A stretch of DNA of 64,000 bases from an uncultured Gallionellaceae bacterium (GCA_964480365.1 CAYZPM010000019.1:5464-69463); one strand, 5' to 3'. Numbered from the stretch's first letter, positions 47,311 to 57,849 are shown. The notes: generated from the sequence alone by a model not told the origin. Numbers and translations: made by a program.

Positions 47311-49602
47311 ATGCATAAAGCTTCACGAGTCTCGCATTCAAACCCGTTCCGCCCGTCCCTAGTTTCCGCCGCCGTCGCAGTCGCCTTGCTTTCGGCCTAT
47401 TCATCCAGCTACGCAGCGGTACCGGTTACCGTCTCAGGCGTCGTTGCAGGCAGCTATTTCACTCCGCCCGTGATTGGCAACAGTCCTGCAACATCCGCTG
47501 CTTCAAGCACGGCAGCTTCGGTTTATGAATATGCCAAGGTATGTTTCGATCTCAACAACAACGGTGTTTGTGACACGGGCGAACCCTACACGACCAGCAA
47601 GGTCGACGGAACGTTTCTGTTGACCAGCGCTACACCCGGCCCGCTCGTCGCCGAGATATCCACCATAGCGAACAATGGCGGAAATCCCGTTACTCAACGA
47701 ACCGTTTTCCGCGTTTCCCAAGCTCAAATTGCTGCCGCTATCCCGGCACCATTGAGACCTGCCATTGTCGCAGTCACGCCTCTGTCTACTGAAGTTCTGC
47801 TCTCGATGGAAGCGAATGGCACGAGTTTCACGACCGAGAGGCAAAATCTCGCCACTCGCCTCGGTGTGACGGTCAGTGAGGTATTGAGCAATCCCAACAC
47901 GGTCACTGATCCAGTCGCCCAGGCCGCGCTGTTGAAAGAATCAGTCATCGTGAGCAATCGCTTTGCACTTGCGGCCAAGATGGTTGATCGCGGCGATATT
48001 TCTCCGGCTGCGCTGGCTCTAAATTCGGCTACCACCACCCCGATTGCAATCGATGAAGCCCAGCAAGTGTCGCTGAATATCGAAGGCATTCCGCGTTACG
48101 ACCATATCTTCGTCATCATGCTGGAAAACAAGGCCACGACTTCCATCAAAGGTTCTGCTTTCGCGCCGAAAATCAATGCCTACCTGAACGCCGGCAACCA
48201 GTTCACCAGCTATTTCGCAACGGGCAACCCAAGTGAGCCTAATTACACAGCGCTGGGCGGTGCAGACGACTTCGGTATTACCGACGACAACCAGTGGAAC
48301 TGCGGCGCCACCGGCGCAAATGCCCCGCAGGATTTGCCTCTCCCAACCAACACACAGCCAGGCTTGGCAAAATCGCCATTTACCTCACCTTGTGCGCAAG
48401 CGACCAATCACAATATCGTCGGTCACCCGAACTTGTTCAATGCAATATCGAGTAACGGTTTGACTTGGCGCACCTACAGCGAGTCGATGAACCCCGGCCA
48501 AGATTTCCGCACTGACAGCGTGGCCGATGCTGCCGTAACCGCGACCGACAACGTGTATGCACCCGGCACCTTGGCCGGCAATGCAACCACAATCGGCGAT
48601 CCTAATCTGGTACTGCCTTTGCCCGCCCAACTGTACAGAACCAAGCATCATCCAGGCATGGCTTATCAGAATGTGCGTAGCGCGCCAGAGTTCAATACCA
48701 GCAACCGCACCCTGGGTGGCGGTCAATGGGACGCAGCCTTGCTGAATAGTAAGGACTACACCATACCGGCCAATTACAACATCGATCAGTTCGGTACCGA
48801 CCTGCAAAGCGGCGATATCGGCAACCTGAACTTTGTGGTACCCGACCAGTGTGATGACATGCACGGCATCACGGTAAAAGGTACTGATAGCGTGACCGGC
48901 AAGTCTGTCACGGCCAGTGATTGCAGTAGCGTGGCCAACAACGTAGCGACTGCAACTGGTGGCAACATCATTGCGCGCGGCGATAATTACACCGATAAAG
49001 TTATCCAGAAAATTGAGGCATCGCCAATCTGGCAAAACCAGAGTAAGCGTGTAGCCATCGTCATCATGTTCGACGAAGGCAATGCGACTTCCGGCTTTAA
49101 CTCCTGCTGCGGCTGGAATCCGGGTAGCCAGACGGTATCCAAGCCTCTGATAGAAAATCCAGATGGCACATTCTCGGTTGATACCTCCGTCGCCGGCTAC
49201 TACCTTGGCAATCGCGGTCACGGGGAAAGTGTGTTTGGCGTGCTGACCAACCAGCCCAATGCGCCCAAGGGTATTGTCGACAGCGATGCCTACAGCCACT
49301 TTTCGTTTAACCGCACACTGCAGGACATGTTCGGTTTGGCCGATCCTGGCAACGATGGTACGTACATGAATCGCTCCAAGTACACACAAGCTTTCATTGC
49401 GGCCAACATTCTCAACTTGCCGGAATACGCCGGTAGTGCGGATCCTCATTTTGACTCCGTGCGCCCGATGAATCACGCGTATGTAATCCCGACGGGCTAT
49501 ACAGAGAAACAATCGGCCGACGTGACTACTGCTGCGCAGGTTGGGCCGGACGCTACACAGACCAATCTCTGGTCGCTTAATGCAGGAGCCGTTCCACAAT
49601 AA
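47311..49602 (+). CDS. secreted phosphoesterase-family protein (AcpA / phospholipase C-like)
   Basis: Signal peptide ending SSSYAA and a roughly 250-aa N-terminal extension. Then the phosphoesterase signature IPRYDHIFVIMLENKA...NPSEPNYTAL...VVPDQCDDMHG. Confidence 0.7.
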   Translation: MHKASRVSHSNPFRPSLVSAAVAVALLSAYSSSYAAVPVTVSGVVAGSYFTPPVIGNSPATSAASSTAASVYEYAKVCFDLNNNGVCDTGEPYTTSKVDGTFLLTSATPGPLVAEISTIANNGGNPVTQRTVFRVSQAQIAAAIPAPLRPAIVAVTPLSTEVLLSMEANGTSFTTERQNLATRLGVTVSEVLSNPNTVTDPVAQAALLKESVIVSNRFALAAKMVDRGDISPAALALNSATTTPIAIDEAQQVSLNIEGIPRYDHIFVIMLENKATTSIKGSAFAPKINAYLNAGNQFTSYFATGNPSEPNYTALGGADDFGITDDNQWNCGATGANAPQDLPLPTNTQPGLAKSPFTSPCAQATNHNIVGHPNLFNAISSNGLTWRTYSESMNPGQDFRTDSVADAAVTATDNVYAPGTLAGNATTIGDPNLVLPLPAQLYRTKHHPGMAYQNVRSAPEFNTSNRTLGGGQWDAALLNSKDYTIPANYNIDQFGTDLQSGDIGNLNFVVPDQCDDMHGITVKGTDSVTGKSVTASDCSSVANNVATATGGNIIARGDNYTDKVIQKIEASPIWQNQSKRVAIVIMFDEGNATSGFNSCCGWNPGSQTVSKPLIENPDGTFSVDTSVAGYYLGNRGHGESVFGVLTNQPNAPKGIVDSDAYSHFSFNRTLQDMFGLADPGNDGTYMNRSKYTQAFIAANILNLPEYAGSADPHFDSVRPMNHAYVIPTGYTEKQSADVTTAAQVGPDATQTNLWSLNAGAVPQ

Positions 49603-49612
49603 TGTGCCAAAT

Positions 49613-49634
49613 CCGGCTGCGGCAACGCAGCCGG
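49613..49634 (+). terminator. hairpin after the phosphoesterase gene
   Basis: CCGGCTGCG-gcaa-CGCAGCCGG, a 9-bp stem. No clear T-run follows. Confidence 0.45.
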
Positions 49635-49738
49635 AGAAGTACGCGGTCACAATAATTCGGCAGGGCTAGTCGTAGTTTGATTAGTCCTGCTTTTATGCGT
49701 AGATCGGCTTATTTATAATCATTCTCAGGGAAATCGCC

Positions 49739-50959
49739 ATGTACCGTAATTTGCCATACCCACATACTCTGCAACTATCGATTCTCATTTTGACAGGAAC
49801 CCTCTGCGCCGTACCGTTGGTCGCAAACGCCTTGAGTCCTGCTGCCCAGGTAGGGCAAAAGATGTTCTTCGATACCAATTTGTCGTCTTCAGGAAAGTTG
49901 GCCTGCTCCACCTGCCACGACCCCAATAATCATTATGCCCCATCCAATAATCTTGCCGTGCAACTCGGTGGCCCCAACATGTCCTCATTCGGCACTCGGG
50001 CGGTACCCACGCTGACTTACAAGGATTTCACACCACCCTACTCCGATCTGTTCGACAATCCGGACGGCATCAGTGCACCTGGGCCTGGCGGCGGATTTAC
50101 GCAAGATGGTCGCGCACCGAATCTGGCAGCTCAGGCGCAGATACCCATGATGGCACCCATCGAAATGGACAACAGCAGCTTCTCCGACGTGGTCAACAAA
50201 ATTCAAAATTCGTCCTATGCCAATCTTTTCATCCAGGCCTTCGGCAGCACTGCGTTCGATGACACCCCAACAGCATTCGCCAATGCGATGACTGCCCTGC
50301 AATCGTTTCAGTTGGAGGACACCAGCTTTCACCCATACACCAGCAAGTACGACCTGTACGCCGCCAACAAGATCGGAGGCACATTAACCGCGTCGGAAGC
50401 GCGCGGACTTGCCGTTTTCAGCGATCCGAACAAAGGCAATTGCTTCTCCTGCCATTACAACGGCGCAGGAATAAACGGCAGCGTGGCACTGTTTACCGAT
50501 TTTTCCTATGAAGCCATCGGCGTACCGCGCAATAACACTATTCCGGCCAATGTCCTGTTTCGCGGCCTTCCGGTTTCCTACGATATGGGAATCTGCAGCC
50601 GTTCCGATCATCCGCTGCCTGCGAACGCGCAATATTGTGGCAAGTTCAAAACGCCAACATTGCGCAATGTGGCAACGCGCAGTGTGTTTTTTCACAATGG
50701 ACAGATGAAGTCACTAAGCGATGTAATCGGCTTTTACAATACCCGCGACACTAATCCCGGGCTGTGGTACCCAACCGTCAATGGCGTGGTGCAAAAATTC
50801 AACGACCTGCCGACCATTTATCGCGGCAATATCGATACACAGATGCCGCTCGATGGCAGAGCACCCGGTAGCCAACCGCCGATGTCGGCTCAGGACATGC
50901 TTGATCTGGCTGCGTTCCTTGGAACACTGACCGACGGTTACCAACCCCCGCTACAATAA
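49739..50959 (+). CDS. di-haem cytochrome c peroxidase (CCP/MauG family)
   Basis: Signal peptide. Two haem-c motifs, CSTCHDP and CFSCHYN. Conserved KFKTPTLRNVA and FFHNG motifs. Confidence 0.85.
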   Translation: MYRNLPYPHTLQLSILILTGTLCAVPLVANALSPAAQVGQKMFFDTNLSSSGKLACSTCHDPNNHYAPSNNLAVQLGGPNMSSFGTRAVPTLTYKDFTPPYSDLFDNPDGISAPGPGGGFTQDGRAPNLAAQAQIPMMAPIEMDNSSFSDVVNKIQNSSYANLFIQAFGSTAFDDTPTAFANAMTALQSFQLEDTSFHPYTSKYDLYAANKIGGTLTASEARGLAVFSDPNKGNCFSCHYNGAGINGSVALFTDFSYEAIGVPRNNTIPANVLFRGLPVSYDMGICSRSDHPLPANAQYCGKFKTPTLRNVATRSVFFHNGQMKSLSDVIGFYNTRDTNPGLWYPTVNGVVQKFNDLPTIYRGNIDTQMPLDGRAPGSQPPMSAQDMLDLAAFLGTLTDGYQPPLQ

Positions 50960-51014
50960 CTTATCAAAACTGTGACGTGCATCCACTAATTGTTAGATTC
51001 CACTGAGACATATC

Positions 51015-51662
51015 ATGAAGACAAAACATTTTATTACCGCAGGACTGATGTGCTTTTCCAGCGCTGCTTTTTGCGCGAATTCAACCGAGCCGGATCAGAC
51101 AACGCTTACTTCTGCGTTAGAAAATTATCTGCTGCAACAAGGCAATTTTTGCTTGGGCAAATATGACTGGCCGATCGATCTCACCGAGTCTGATTTTAAA
51201 ATGGGAACCCGGGACGCATTGCAGATGCCGGTTCTGGAAAAAATGGGCCTGGTAGAATCAACTTACGTAACCGCGATACGCAAGGTGGACGACACCGAAC
51301 AGCCCGTTCTCGTCAAGCGCCACGCGCTAACCGATGCCGGGAAAAAATACTATCTGGCAAAGGATATTCAGACTACCACTTCGAGTGGGGAAAAAATCGT
51401 GCATCACGGCGATTTCTGTGCCGCGAAACTGAGCTTGAACAAAATTGTCCACTGGGATAAACCGGAAATGCATGGTGAATACAAGGAGACAACGGTGGAC
51501 TACACCTACAAAATTGCTGCGGCGAAGTGGACTCAAGACCCGGAGATACAGAAAGTATTTCCGATGCTCGCCTACATAGTGAAGGGTGAGGGAACCATGC
51601 AGTTGAAACAACGCTTTCGACTCTCTGGAGAATCCTGGATTGCAGTTAACCCGGAAGAATAA
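51015..51662 (+). CDS. hypothetical secreted protein
   Basis: Signal peptide MKTKHFITAGLMCFSSAAFCA. No recognisable family. Followed by a strong terminator. Confidence 0.5.
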   Translation: MKTKHFITAGLMCFSSAAFCANSTEPDQTTLTSALENYLLQQGNFCLGKYDWPIDLTESDFKMGTRDALQMPVLEKMGLVESTYVTAIRKVDDTEQPVLVKRHALTDAGKKYYLAKDIQTTTSSGEKIVHHGDFCAAKLSLNKIVHWDKPEMHGEYKETTVDYTYKIAAAKWTQDPEIQKVFPMLAYIVKGEGTMQLKQRFRLSGESWIAVNPEE

Positions 51663-51676
51663 GCAAGTGTTATAAA

Positions 51677-51696
51677 CCCCGCCGCTTGCGGCGGGG
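51677..51696. terminator. bidirectional terminator between convergent genes
   Basis: CCCCGCCG-cttg-CGGCGGGG (8-bp GC stem, tetraloop), flanked by TATAAA and TGCTTTATT. Confidence 0.8.
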
Positions 51697-51704
51697 TGCT
51701 TTAT

Positions 51705-52619
51705 TCATGCCGGTATAAAACGCCTTTCCCGCATCCATTTGACGACCACCCATTTCTCGCCCTCATTAACCGCAGCACTGGCGTGTGCGGATTTTGGATC
51801 GACCTGGCGCACGCTATTGCCATATTCGAAATAGGCTGAGTTTCCTTTCTTGGGTGAGACAGACAATCCGACCTCAGGAAAAAATGTTTCTCCTCCGCTC
51901 TCGACATCGTTCAAGTAGGTCACCAGCGTGCTGATGCGTTGCCCACTCCTGACAAGAGATTCTCTATTCGCCGGATTGGAGGGTGCCAGGAAATCGAAAT
52001 GAGGTGTGTTTTTTGCGCTCGGGCCGTAGTGCAAGACTTGCAGACCTTCGCCATTTTCTATGGGGCAGTTCATCACTTCGGAAATACGCCGATCCAGCTT
52101 GGCAATAAATGGCGTTTCTTCCAGTTCGAAAAACATACCCTCACTATCCCGGTGGGCGGCGATTTTGTCTTCTCCGGTAAGAAGATCGACCACTGTCGAT
52201 GGACGCAAGCGGTTACGCGCCAACTCGATCACTCGTTCGCATTCTTCTGCGCTCAACACACCGTCGAGCAAAGCAATGACAGGCTGATCCAGACGCAGCA
52301 ATACCGGTATGTCGCGATCTGCGGTGCGAATGACGGAGCCGGGGGCAAGGCGCGGGATTTCGTAGCGATATTCAGCCAGCGCGGAATCGATCACGACGGA
52401 CGCGGTCGGCGGGTCAATTCCTTCGCTACGGGCGTGCCAAAATGCATCAACCAGGCCAAGCGCTATACTAGGCTCAAATTTCTGCGCGATCATGCTATTC
52501 ACAAGATCTTCGACAGTGCAGCCGCGATCGAGGTTATGCAGTATCCAACCGCTTAGTTCTGGGGAGAAATTAACAGACATGCTCATAGTGCAAGGCATCG
52601 TAGCAATATCCCATGACAT
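51705..52619 (-). CDS. 2OG-Fe(II) oxygenase (prolyl 4-hydroxylase-like)
   Basis: P4H-type motifs LQVLHYGPSAKNTPHFD (HxD), later HASAAVNEGEKWVVVKW. The start is uncertain among Met codons at 52619, 52598, 52586 and 52580. Confidence 0.75.
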   Translation of the reverse strand: MSWDIATMPCTMSMSVNFSPELSGWILHNLDRGCTVEDLVNSMIAQKFEPSIALGLVDAFWHARSEGIDPPTASVVIDSALAEYRYEIPRLAPGSVIRTADRDIPVLLRLDQPVIALLDGVLSAEECERVIELARNRLRPSTVVDLLTGEDKIAAHRDSEGMFFELEETPFIAKLDRRISEVMNCPIENGEGLQVLHYGPSAKNTPHFDFLAPSNPANRESLVRSGQRISTLVTYLNDVESGGETFFPEVGLSVSPKKGNSAYFEYGNSVRQVDPKSAHASAAVNEGEKWVVVKWMRERRFIPA

Positions 52620-52681
52620 CTTTGTGACAATGCCATTCCATAAATGCTATAACAAACCGCTTGACTCGCACTTTGTGGCTT

Positions 52682-52750
52682 ATAACCAGCGACTTGGCTG
52701 GCATCTTTTGACAGCCTAGTCGAATGGCTAGTTAGTTCCTCAGAGAAATG
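52682..52750 (+). repeat. dispersed repeat family copy
   Basis: ATAACCAGCGACTTG-gctggcatcttttgacag-CCTAGTCGAATGGCTAGTTAGTTCCTCAG, lying just downstream of the rimO stop codon (52754..52756). Confidence 0.8.
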
Positions 52751-52753
52751 TCT

Positions 52754-54091
52754 TCATAAGAGCATATCCGCCCACAGGTCGTGAGTATCGGAATCTGTGA
52801 TGCGCACACTCACAAAATCGCCAACCTTTAAAGCATGACCGTTGTCGATGTATACCAGTCCGTCGATCTCCGGCGCGTCCGCTGCGCTACGCGCAATCGC
52901 TCCTTCCTCGTCCACGCTGTCCACCAACACCTGCATTGTTTTGCCCACCTTGCGCGCCAGCCGTCCTGCGCTGATTTCTTCCTGTAGCTCCATCAGGCGC
53001 CTCAGCCGTTCTTCCTGCACTTCGGGCGGCACATGATCCGGCAGTTCGTTGGCAAGCGCGCCTTCCACCGGGGAGTAGGTAAACGCGCCGACGCGGTCGA
53101 GTTGCGCTTGTTCGAGAAAGTCGAGCAGCTCTTCGAATTCCTCCTCCGTCTCGCCGGGAAAGCCGACGATGAAGGTGCTGCGCAGGATGATTTCCGGGCA
53201 TATGTTGCGCCACTGTCTGATGCGTTGCAGCACGTTCTCGCTGCTGGCCGGGCGCTGCATCAGTTTGAGGATGCGCGCGTTGGCGTGCTGGAACGGAATG
53301 TCGAGGTAGGGCAGGATTTTTCCTGCTGCCATCAGCGGGATAACTTCGTCCACACTGGGATAGGGATAGACGTAATGCAAGCGCACCCACACACCCAATT
53401 CGCCCATCGCCTGCACCAATTCGGTCATGCGCGTCTTGAGCGGTTTGCCGCCCCAGAAGCCGGTGCGGTATTTCACGTCCACGCCGTAGGCGCTGGTGTC
53501 CTGCGAGATCACCAGCAATTCTTTCACGCCCGCATTCACCAGGTTCTGCGCTTCCTCCATCACCTCGCCCACCGGCCTGCTCACCAAGTCGCCACGCAGA
53601 CTCGGAATGATGCAGAAGGTGCAGCGATGGTTGCAGCCTTCGGAAATTTTTACGTAGGCATAATGTTTGGGCGTGAGGCGAATTCCCTGCGGCGGTACCA
53701 GATCAGTATGAGGGTCGTGCGGTTTCGGCAAGAACTGATGCACGACCTCCATCACTTCGTCGGTGGCGTGCGGTCCGGTAACTGCCAGCACTTTGGGATG
53801 CGCCAGCCGCACCACATCCCCCTTGGCGCCGAGGCAACCGGTGACGATGACCTTGCCGTTCTCCGCCAGCGCTTCGCCGATGGCGTCCAGCGACTCTTCC
53901 ACCGCGCTGTCGATGAAGCCGCAGGTGTTGACCACCACCAGATCGGCATCGCGGTAGCTGCCGGAAATGAGGTACCCCTCGGCGCGCAGGCGGGTAAGGA
54001 TATGCTCTGAGTCCACCGTCGCCTTGGGGCAGCCGAGTGAAACAAAACCCACCTTGGGAACAGGATTGCGTGGTGTCATAAACAATGTCAC
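52754..54091 (-). CDS. rimO: ribosomal protein S12 methylthiotransferase RimO
   Basis: UPF0004 N-terminal domain [17 protein letters not shown], radical-SAM CNHRCTFC, and a TRAM C-terminus. Confidence 0.95.
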   Translation of the reverse strand: MTLFMTPRNPVPKVGFVSLGCPKATVDSEHILTRLRAEGYLISGSYRDADLVVVNTCGFIDSAVEESLDAIGEALAENGKVIVTGCLGAKGDVVRLAHPKVLAVTGPHATDEVMEVVHQFLPKPHDPHTDLVPPQGIRLTPKHYAYVKISEGCNHRCTFCIIPSLRGDLVSRPVGEVMEEAQNLVNAGVKELLVISQDTSAYGVDVKYRTGFWGGKPLKTRMTELVQAMGELGVWVRLHYVYPYPSVDEVIPLMAAGKILPYLDIPFQHANARILKLMQRPASSENVLQRIRQWRNICPEIILRSTFIVGFPGETEEEFEELLDFLEQAQLDRVGAFTYSPVEGALANELPDHVPPEVQEERLRRLMELQEEISAGRLARKVGKTMQVLVDSVDEEGAIARSAADAPEIDGLVYIDNGHALKVGDFVSVRITDSDTHDLWADMLL

Positions 54092-54155
54092 TAAATGAAA
54101 TTAAATTGATAAAACAGGGCAGGCAAGTTCAACACACCGTTAACTATTACTCTCC

Positions 54156-55532
54156 CTACTCAGCACCCGTATTTTTAACCGGCTTGGGTAAAACACCCGA
54201 TTGAGCCATCCACTCCCGAGCCAGTGATTGCGCATTATCGATTTGCCTGGGAGACATGCTGGCTTCAACAATTCTTTTGCCTTCCAGAGCGCTCGGCGCC
54301 CCCGCTCCCGCCGCGAGGCTGAGCCATTTATACGCTTGCACCAAGTCATACGGCACCCCTTGCCCTTTGGCGTACATTAATCCGAGATTGCTCTGTGCCG
54401 GCGCATTGCCCTGCTCAGCCGCTTTGCGATACCACACTGCCGCCTCCTTGTAGTCCTGCTGCACGCCTTGCCCGTTGAAGTATTTCACCCCAAGGTTATT
54501 TTGGGCCAGCGCGTTGCCCTGTTCGGCCGCCTTGCGATACCAAGTCGCTGCCTCCCTATAGTCCTGCTGCACGCCTTGTCCATTGGCGTACATCACCCCC
54601 AACGCCAACTGTGCCGATGCATCTCCCCGCTCCGCCACCTTGCGATACCACGACGCAGCTTCGCCATAATCCTGCTTTACCCCTTTCCCTTCGGAGTACA
54701 TCATCCCAAGGTTCAACTGCGCCGTGACATTGCCCTGCTCCGCCGCCTTGCGGTACCACACTGCCGCTTCCTTACCATCCTGCGGTACGCCCTGGGCATT
54801 GGCGTACATCGCTCCCAAGCTCAACTGCGCCAACAAATACCCCCGTTCCGCAGCCTTGCGATACCAGGATATTGCCTCCTTGTAATCCTGCGGTACGCCG
54901 CTACCTTTAGCGTACATTACCCCAAGGGCATATTGCTCCGATGCATCCCCCTTCTCGGCTACCTTGATATACCACGACGCGGACTCCTTGTAATCCTTGG
55001 GCACACCCTGTCCGTTGGCGTACATCTGCGCCAGACTGCGCTGCGCCGGTACGTTGCCCTGTTCCGCCGCCTTGCGATACCACGACGCCGCTTTCTTTAA
55101 ATCCTTAGCCGTCCCCTGCCCTTTGGCATACATCTGGGCAAGGGCATATTGCGCGAGGGCATTACCCTGATCTGCCGCCTTGCGGTACCACAACAAGGAC
55201 TCGCCGCAGTCCTGTCTCCGCGCCCCTTTTCCTTCACAGTACATCGCCCCCAAGTTGAACTGTGCCGTCGCATTCCCCTGCTCTGCCGCTTTGCGATACC
55301 ACAACATGGCCATCCTGTAGTCCTGCGGCGCTCCCTGTCCCTCGTGGTACATCTGTCCAAGGCTGAGTTGCGCCGTCGCATCCCCTTTCACCGCAAGCAA
55401 CCTGAATTCAGTAAATGCAAGCGAGAAATTTCCATTCACGTAAGCGTCTTGCGCTTCCTTCAAACCCGCCTCTGCTCCTGCGCTAAGCGCAAGCAGAACC
55501 ATGGTCAGAATTGACCTAAATAAAACCCTCAT
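54156..55532 (-). CDS. secreted Sel1-repeat (SLR/TPR-like) protein
   Basis: Signal peptide MRVLFRSILTMVLLALSAGAEA, then about 11 tandem 36-aa units of the form AxxWYRKAAEQGNAxAQxxLGxMYxxGxGVxQDY. Upstream Met codons at 55547 and 55607 are possible starts. Confidence 0.8.
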   Translation of the reverse strand: MRVLFRSILTMVLLALSAGAEAGLKEAQDAYVNGNFSLAFTEFRLLAVKGDATAQLSLGQMYHEGQGAPQDYRMAMLWYRKAAEQGNATAQFNLGAMYCEGKGARRQDCGESLLWYRKAADQGNALAQYALAQMYAKGQGTAKDLKKAASWYRKAAEQGNVPAQRSLAQMYANGQGVPKDYKESASWYIKVAEKGDASEQYALGVMYAKGSGVPQDYKEAISWYRKAAERGYLLAQLSLGAMYANAQGVPQDGKEAAVWYRKAAEQGNVTAQLNLGMMYSEGKGVKQDYGEAASWYRKVAERGDASAQLALGVMYANGQGVQQDYREAATWYRKAAEQGNALAQNNLGVKYFNGQGVQQDYKEAAVWYRKAAEQGNAPAQSNLGLMYAKGQGVPYDLVQAYKWLSLAAGAGAPSALEGKRIVEASMSPRQIDNAQSLAREWMAQSGVLPKPVKNTGAE

Positions 55533-55757
55533 CTTTAATTCATTCATCGATTTGTTCCACGAAGAAAAATCATCTGCCTTCAGCGCAATACACACTGAAG
55601 CCGACAATAACGTGAACCATTTTACATCCTGCCGGAACGAAGCTGCAGAGTTGTATCAACAAGACGTTGTGTAATGAAATAAGTGACAATGACGCCCAAT
55701 AAACTCAAGGCATTCATTCGTTTTGAAGCAGTTCGAAACAGGAAGCTTGCGGCGGAA

Positions 55758-55782
55758 CCCCCTCCACCGTGGATGGAGGGGG
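55758..55782 (-). terminator. hairpin downstream of the HU gene
   Basis: CCCCCTCCA-N7-TGGAGGGGG, a 9-bp stem starting 7 nt after the stop codon. The T-run is poor on the minus strand. Confidence 0.5.
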
Positions 55783-55788
55783 TTTGTA

Positions 55789-56073
55789 TTACTTCTTTAC
55801 GCCGTTAACTGTTGCCTTAAGCGTCGCACCTGCCTTGAATGCTGGCACCTTGGATGCCTTGATCTTGAGTTCTGCACCGGTCTTGGGGTTACGTCCAATG
55901 CGAGCTGCGCGCTTGCGCACTTCGAAAGAACCAAAGCCAACCAAAGAAACGGAATCACCCTTCTTCAGCGCGCCGGAAATGATTTCAATGAATGCACCGA
56001 TAGTGCGATCCGCTTCTGCCTTGCTTGTTTCTGTCTTGCCTGCCAGAGCTTCGGCCAATTCTTTTCTGTTCAT
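55789..56073 (-). CDS. HU-family DNA-binding protein
   Basis: MNRKELAEALA...GDSVSLVGFGSFEVRKRAARIGRNPKTGAELKI, a canonical HU/IHF fold sequence with a short C-terminal extension. Confidence 0.95.
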   Translation of the reverse strand: MNRKELAEALAGKTETSKAEADRTIGAFIEIISGALKKGDSVSLVGFGSFEVRKRAARIGRNPKTGAELKIKASKVPAFKAGATLKATVNGVKK

Positions 56074-56367
56074 GTAACCCCCTTCGTTGATTTATAAAAA
56101 ACCCGCGCATCGCGGTATGTGCCACACTAATGAAGCATCATCTTTTTGCTGAGGTTGCCAACATCTGCCACTGGCAACTCTTTCGCCATTCCTGATCCCC
56201 AATCCAACCCGTCCACCCCATCGGGACGCTCTACCTGCTGATTGGCAAAGCCCAATGGTGTTTACTATATCAACAAGTATCAATGCTTGCCAAGCGTCAT
56301 AGCCCTATTTTGCGATATTTAGCACAATTAATGGCAAGAGAGCAATTCTTCAAATTCGAAATTCAGC

Positions 56368-56997
56368 CTATTGACCGGGATCATGCTGCTTGGCATTGAT
56401 GCGTATCAGCGCCTGTAATGCCGCATATACCAACAATACCACGACCAAACTGGACAGAAATCCTGCCATCACATCCGCCGGGAAGTGCGCGCCAAGACTG
56501 ACTCTTGAAACTCCAACCCACAACACAAAGAATACACCCACCACGCGCCCCCAGCGGGTAAGAATAGGCCACAAGCTGGCCACAACCAACATGGCAAATG
56601 ACGAATGCCCACTCGGCAGGCTGTGATGATATTCCGGTTCGCCGATGATGTGCACAGTACCCAGCGGCAATGCCAGCGGTGGACGCGGGAAGTCAAGCAA
56701 CGGCTTGAGTGCGCCAATCAACAGGCTATCCAGGTAGTAAGCAATGCTGAACACTGCAATTACCGCCATCCAGCGGGTGGCTTGGGCCTGATAACGCGTG
56801 GAATCCTGTATCGGTGTTTTAACAAAAACAAAAAGCGCAACAAGCGCCGTCAATCCGAGATAAATCGGGAAAACCGTATGCTCTCCCAACCCCGTGCCCA
56901 GCAGCATGAATTTATCCAGATAGTCTGCCCGAATATCATTAATGGCATGGAACAACCAGACGTTAGCGCCGCCCCAGTCATAAAATATTTCTTTCAT
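56368..56997 (-). CDS. PAP2-family membrane phosphatase
   Basis: PAP2 motifs KPLLDFPRP, SLPSGHS and SRVSLGAHFPADV. Multiple TM helices. Start MKEIFYDWGG is chosen; the extension to 57081 overlaps the upstream gene. Confidence 0.75.
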   Translation of the reverse strand: MKEIFYDWGGANVWLFHAINDIRADYLDKFMLLGTGLGEHTVFPIYLGLTALVALFVFVKTPIQDSTRYQAQATRWMAVIAVFSIAYYLDSLLIGALKPLLDFPRPPLALPLGTVHIIGEPEYHHSLPSGHSSFAMLVVASLWPILTRWGRVVGVFFVLWVGVSRVSLGAHFPADVMAGFLSSLVVVLLVYAALQALIRINAKQHDPGQ

Positions 56998-57008
56998 GAA
57001 GGTAGTGT

Positions 57009-57578
57009 CTACGCAAACAGTGTGGTCAACCACAAACCGACACCGCCTGCGGCAGCCGCACCCGCCACGTAAAACAACCATTTCTTGCGCGTCAACACAG
57101 TAATGGAAGCCAGGGAGATCGCAATCTGAACCAGCGTCATGGCCTGTGCCAACTTGTGGTGCGGATGCATTGCATGTTCACTTTCCTCATTAGCCTTCTC
57201 GGATTCCGCCTCCAGTTCCTCGGCCTTCGTCTTGATCTCTTTCTTTTCTTTATCGTATTTTTCGACCAGATCCTTGAAATAACCCTGCCTCTGTGCGGGC
57301 GCAAATTCAGCGGCAAGCTCCATCAGATGCCCCTTGCTACTCTTGGCTTGATAGAAATTCCACTGATCCGAAGCTTGTGCTTTTTTCAGCACGGCTTCAT
57401 TCTTGAACAACATGGCTTCATTCTGAGTGGCCCCACCTTGATAACTGATGATCGCGCCAACAGTAGCTAAAATTGCAGTAAAGATTGCAACATATCCTGC
57501 AAGCCCGTCCCCGCCCTCGGCATGATGTTCAACTTCGTGTTCATGGGCACCGTGCACATGGAATCCATCTTCTGACAT
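57009..57578 (-). CDS. DUF4337-like membrane protein
   Basis: His-rich N-terminus, then a TM helix, a long helical segment (QASDQWNFYQAKSSK), and two C-terminal TM helices. Family name recalled from memory. Confidence 0.65.
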   Translation of the reverse strand: MSEDGFHVHGAHEHEVEHHAEGGDGLAGYVAIFTAILATVGAIISYQGGATQNEAMLFKNEAVLKKAQASDQWNFYQAKSSKGHLMELAAEFAPAQRQGYFKDLVEKYDKEKKEIKTKAEELEAESEKANEESEHAMHPHHKLAQAMTLVQIAISLASITVLTRKKWLFYVAGAAAAGGVGLWLTTLFA

Positions 57579-57849
57579 ATTGTTTCCTTGATTTTGATAA
57601 TTCGAAAAATTGGCGAATAGACCATTATAGTTGTTGAGGGTTCCCTACGCGATATTAACGAACACAGCAGTTGTGCGGAAGATATTTACTGCCAGCCATA
57701 ATTGTGGGTGTAAATGCCTCTCGTGGCTTAAGTCAGTACAACAGTACAATATAACTAAACAGTATGACGTACAAGTATACCGAGTAAAGTAGTGCGATCC
57801 ATTGTGAACCATTTCAATGCGAGGGGATTCATCATGAAAAATCAGTTGC

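Noticed and set aside
48385-49650. 421-aa ORF antisense to the phosphoesterase gene. Also 53033..54010 antisense to rimO, 39000..39812 antisense to pilW/rlmN, and 54468..55100 antisense to the Sel1 gene.
   Set aside because: Same reasoning. The sense-strand genes carry clear catalytic or repeat motifs. The antisense translations are compositionally odd and, for the Sel1 case, simply mirror the repeat periodicity.
56154-56178. GTTGCCA-N11-TGGCAAC inverted repeat upstream of the HU gene, considered as a sigma-54 promoter (TGGCAG-N4-TTGGCA on the minus strand)
   Set aside because: The GG-to-GC spacing is one nucleotide short of the -24/-12 consensus. An HU gene is not an expected sigma-54 target. 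It may still be a protein-binding palindrome.
57733-57780. Cluster of short direct repeats CAGTACAA CAGTACAA ... CAGTATGA CGTACAAG upstream of the GT41 cassette, considered as iterons
   Set aside because: The units are only 8 nt, irregularly spaced and in AT-rich DNA where such matches arise easily. No replication or partition genes are nearby.
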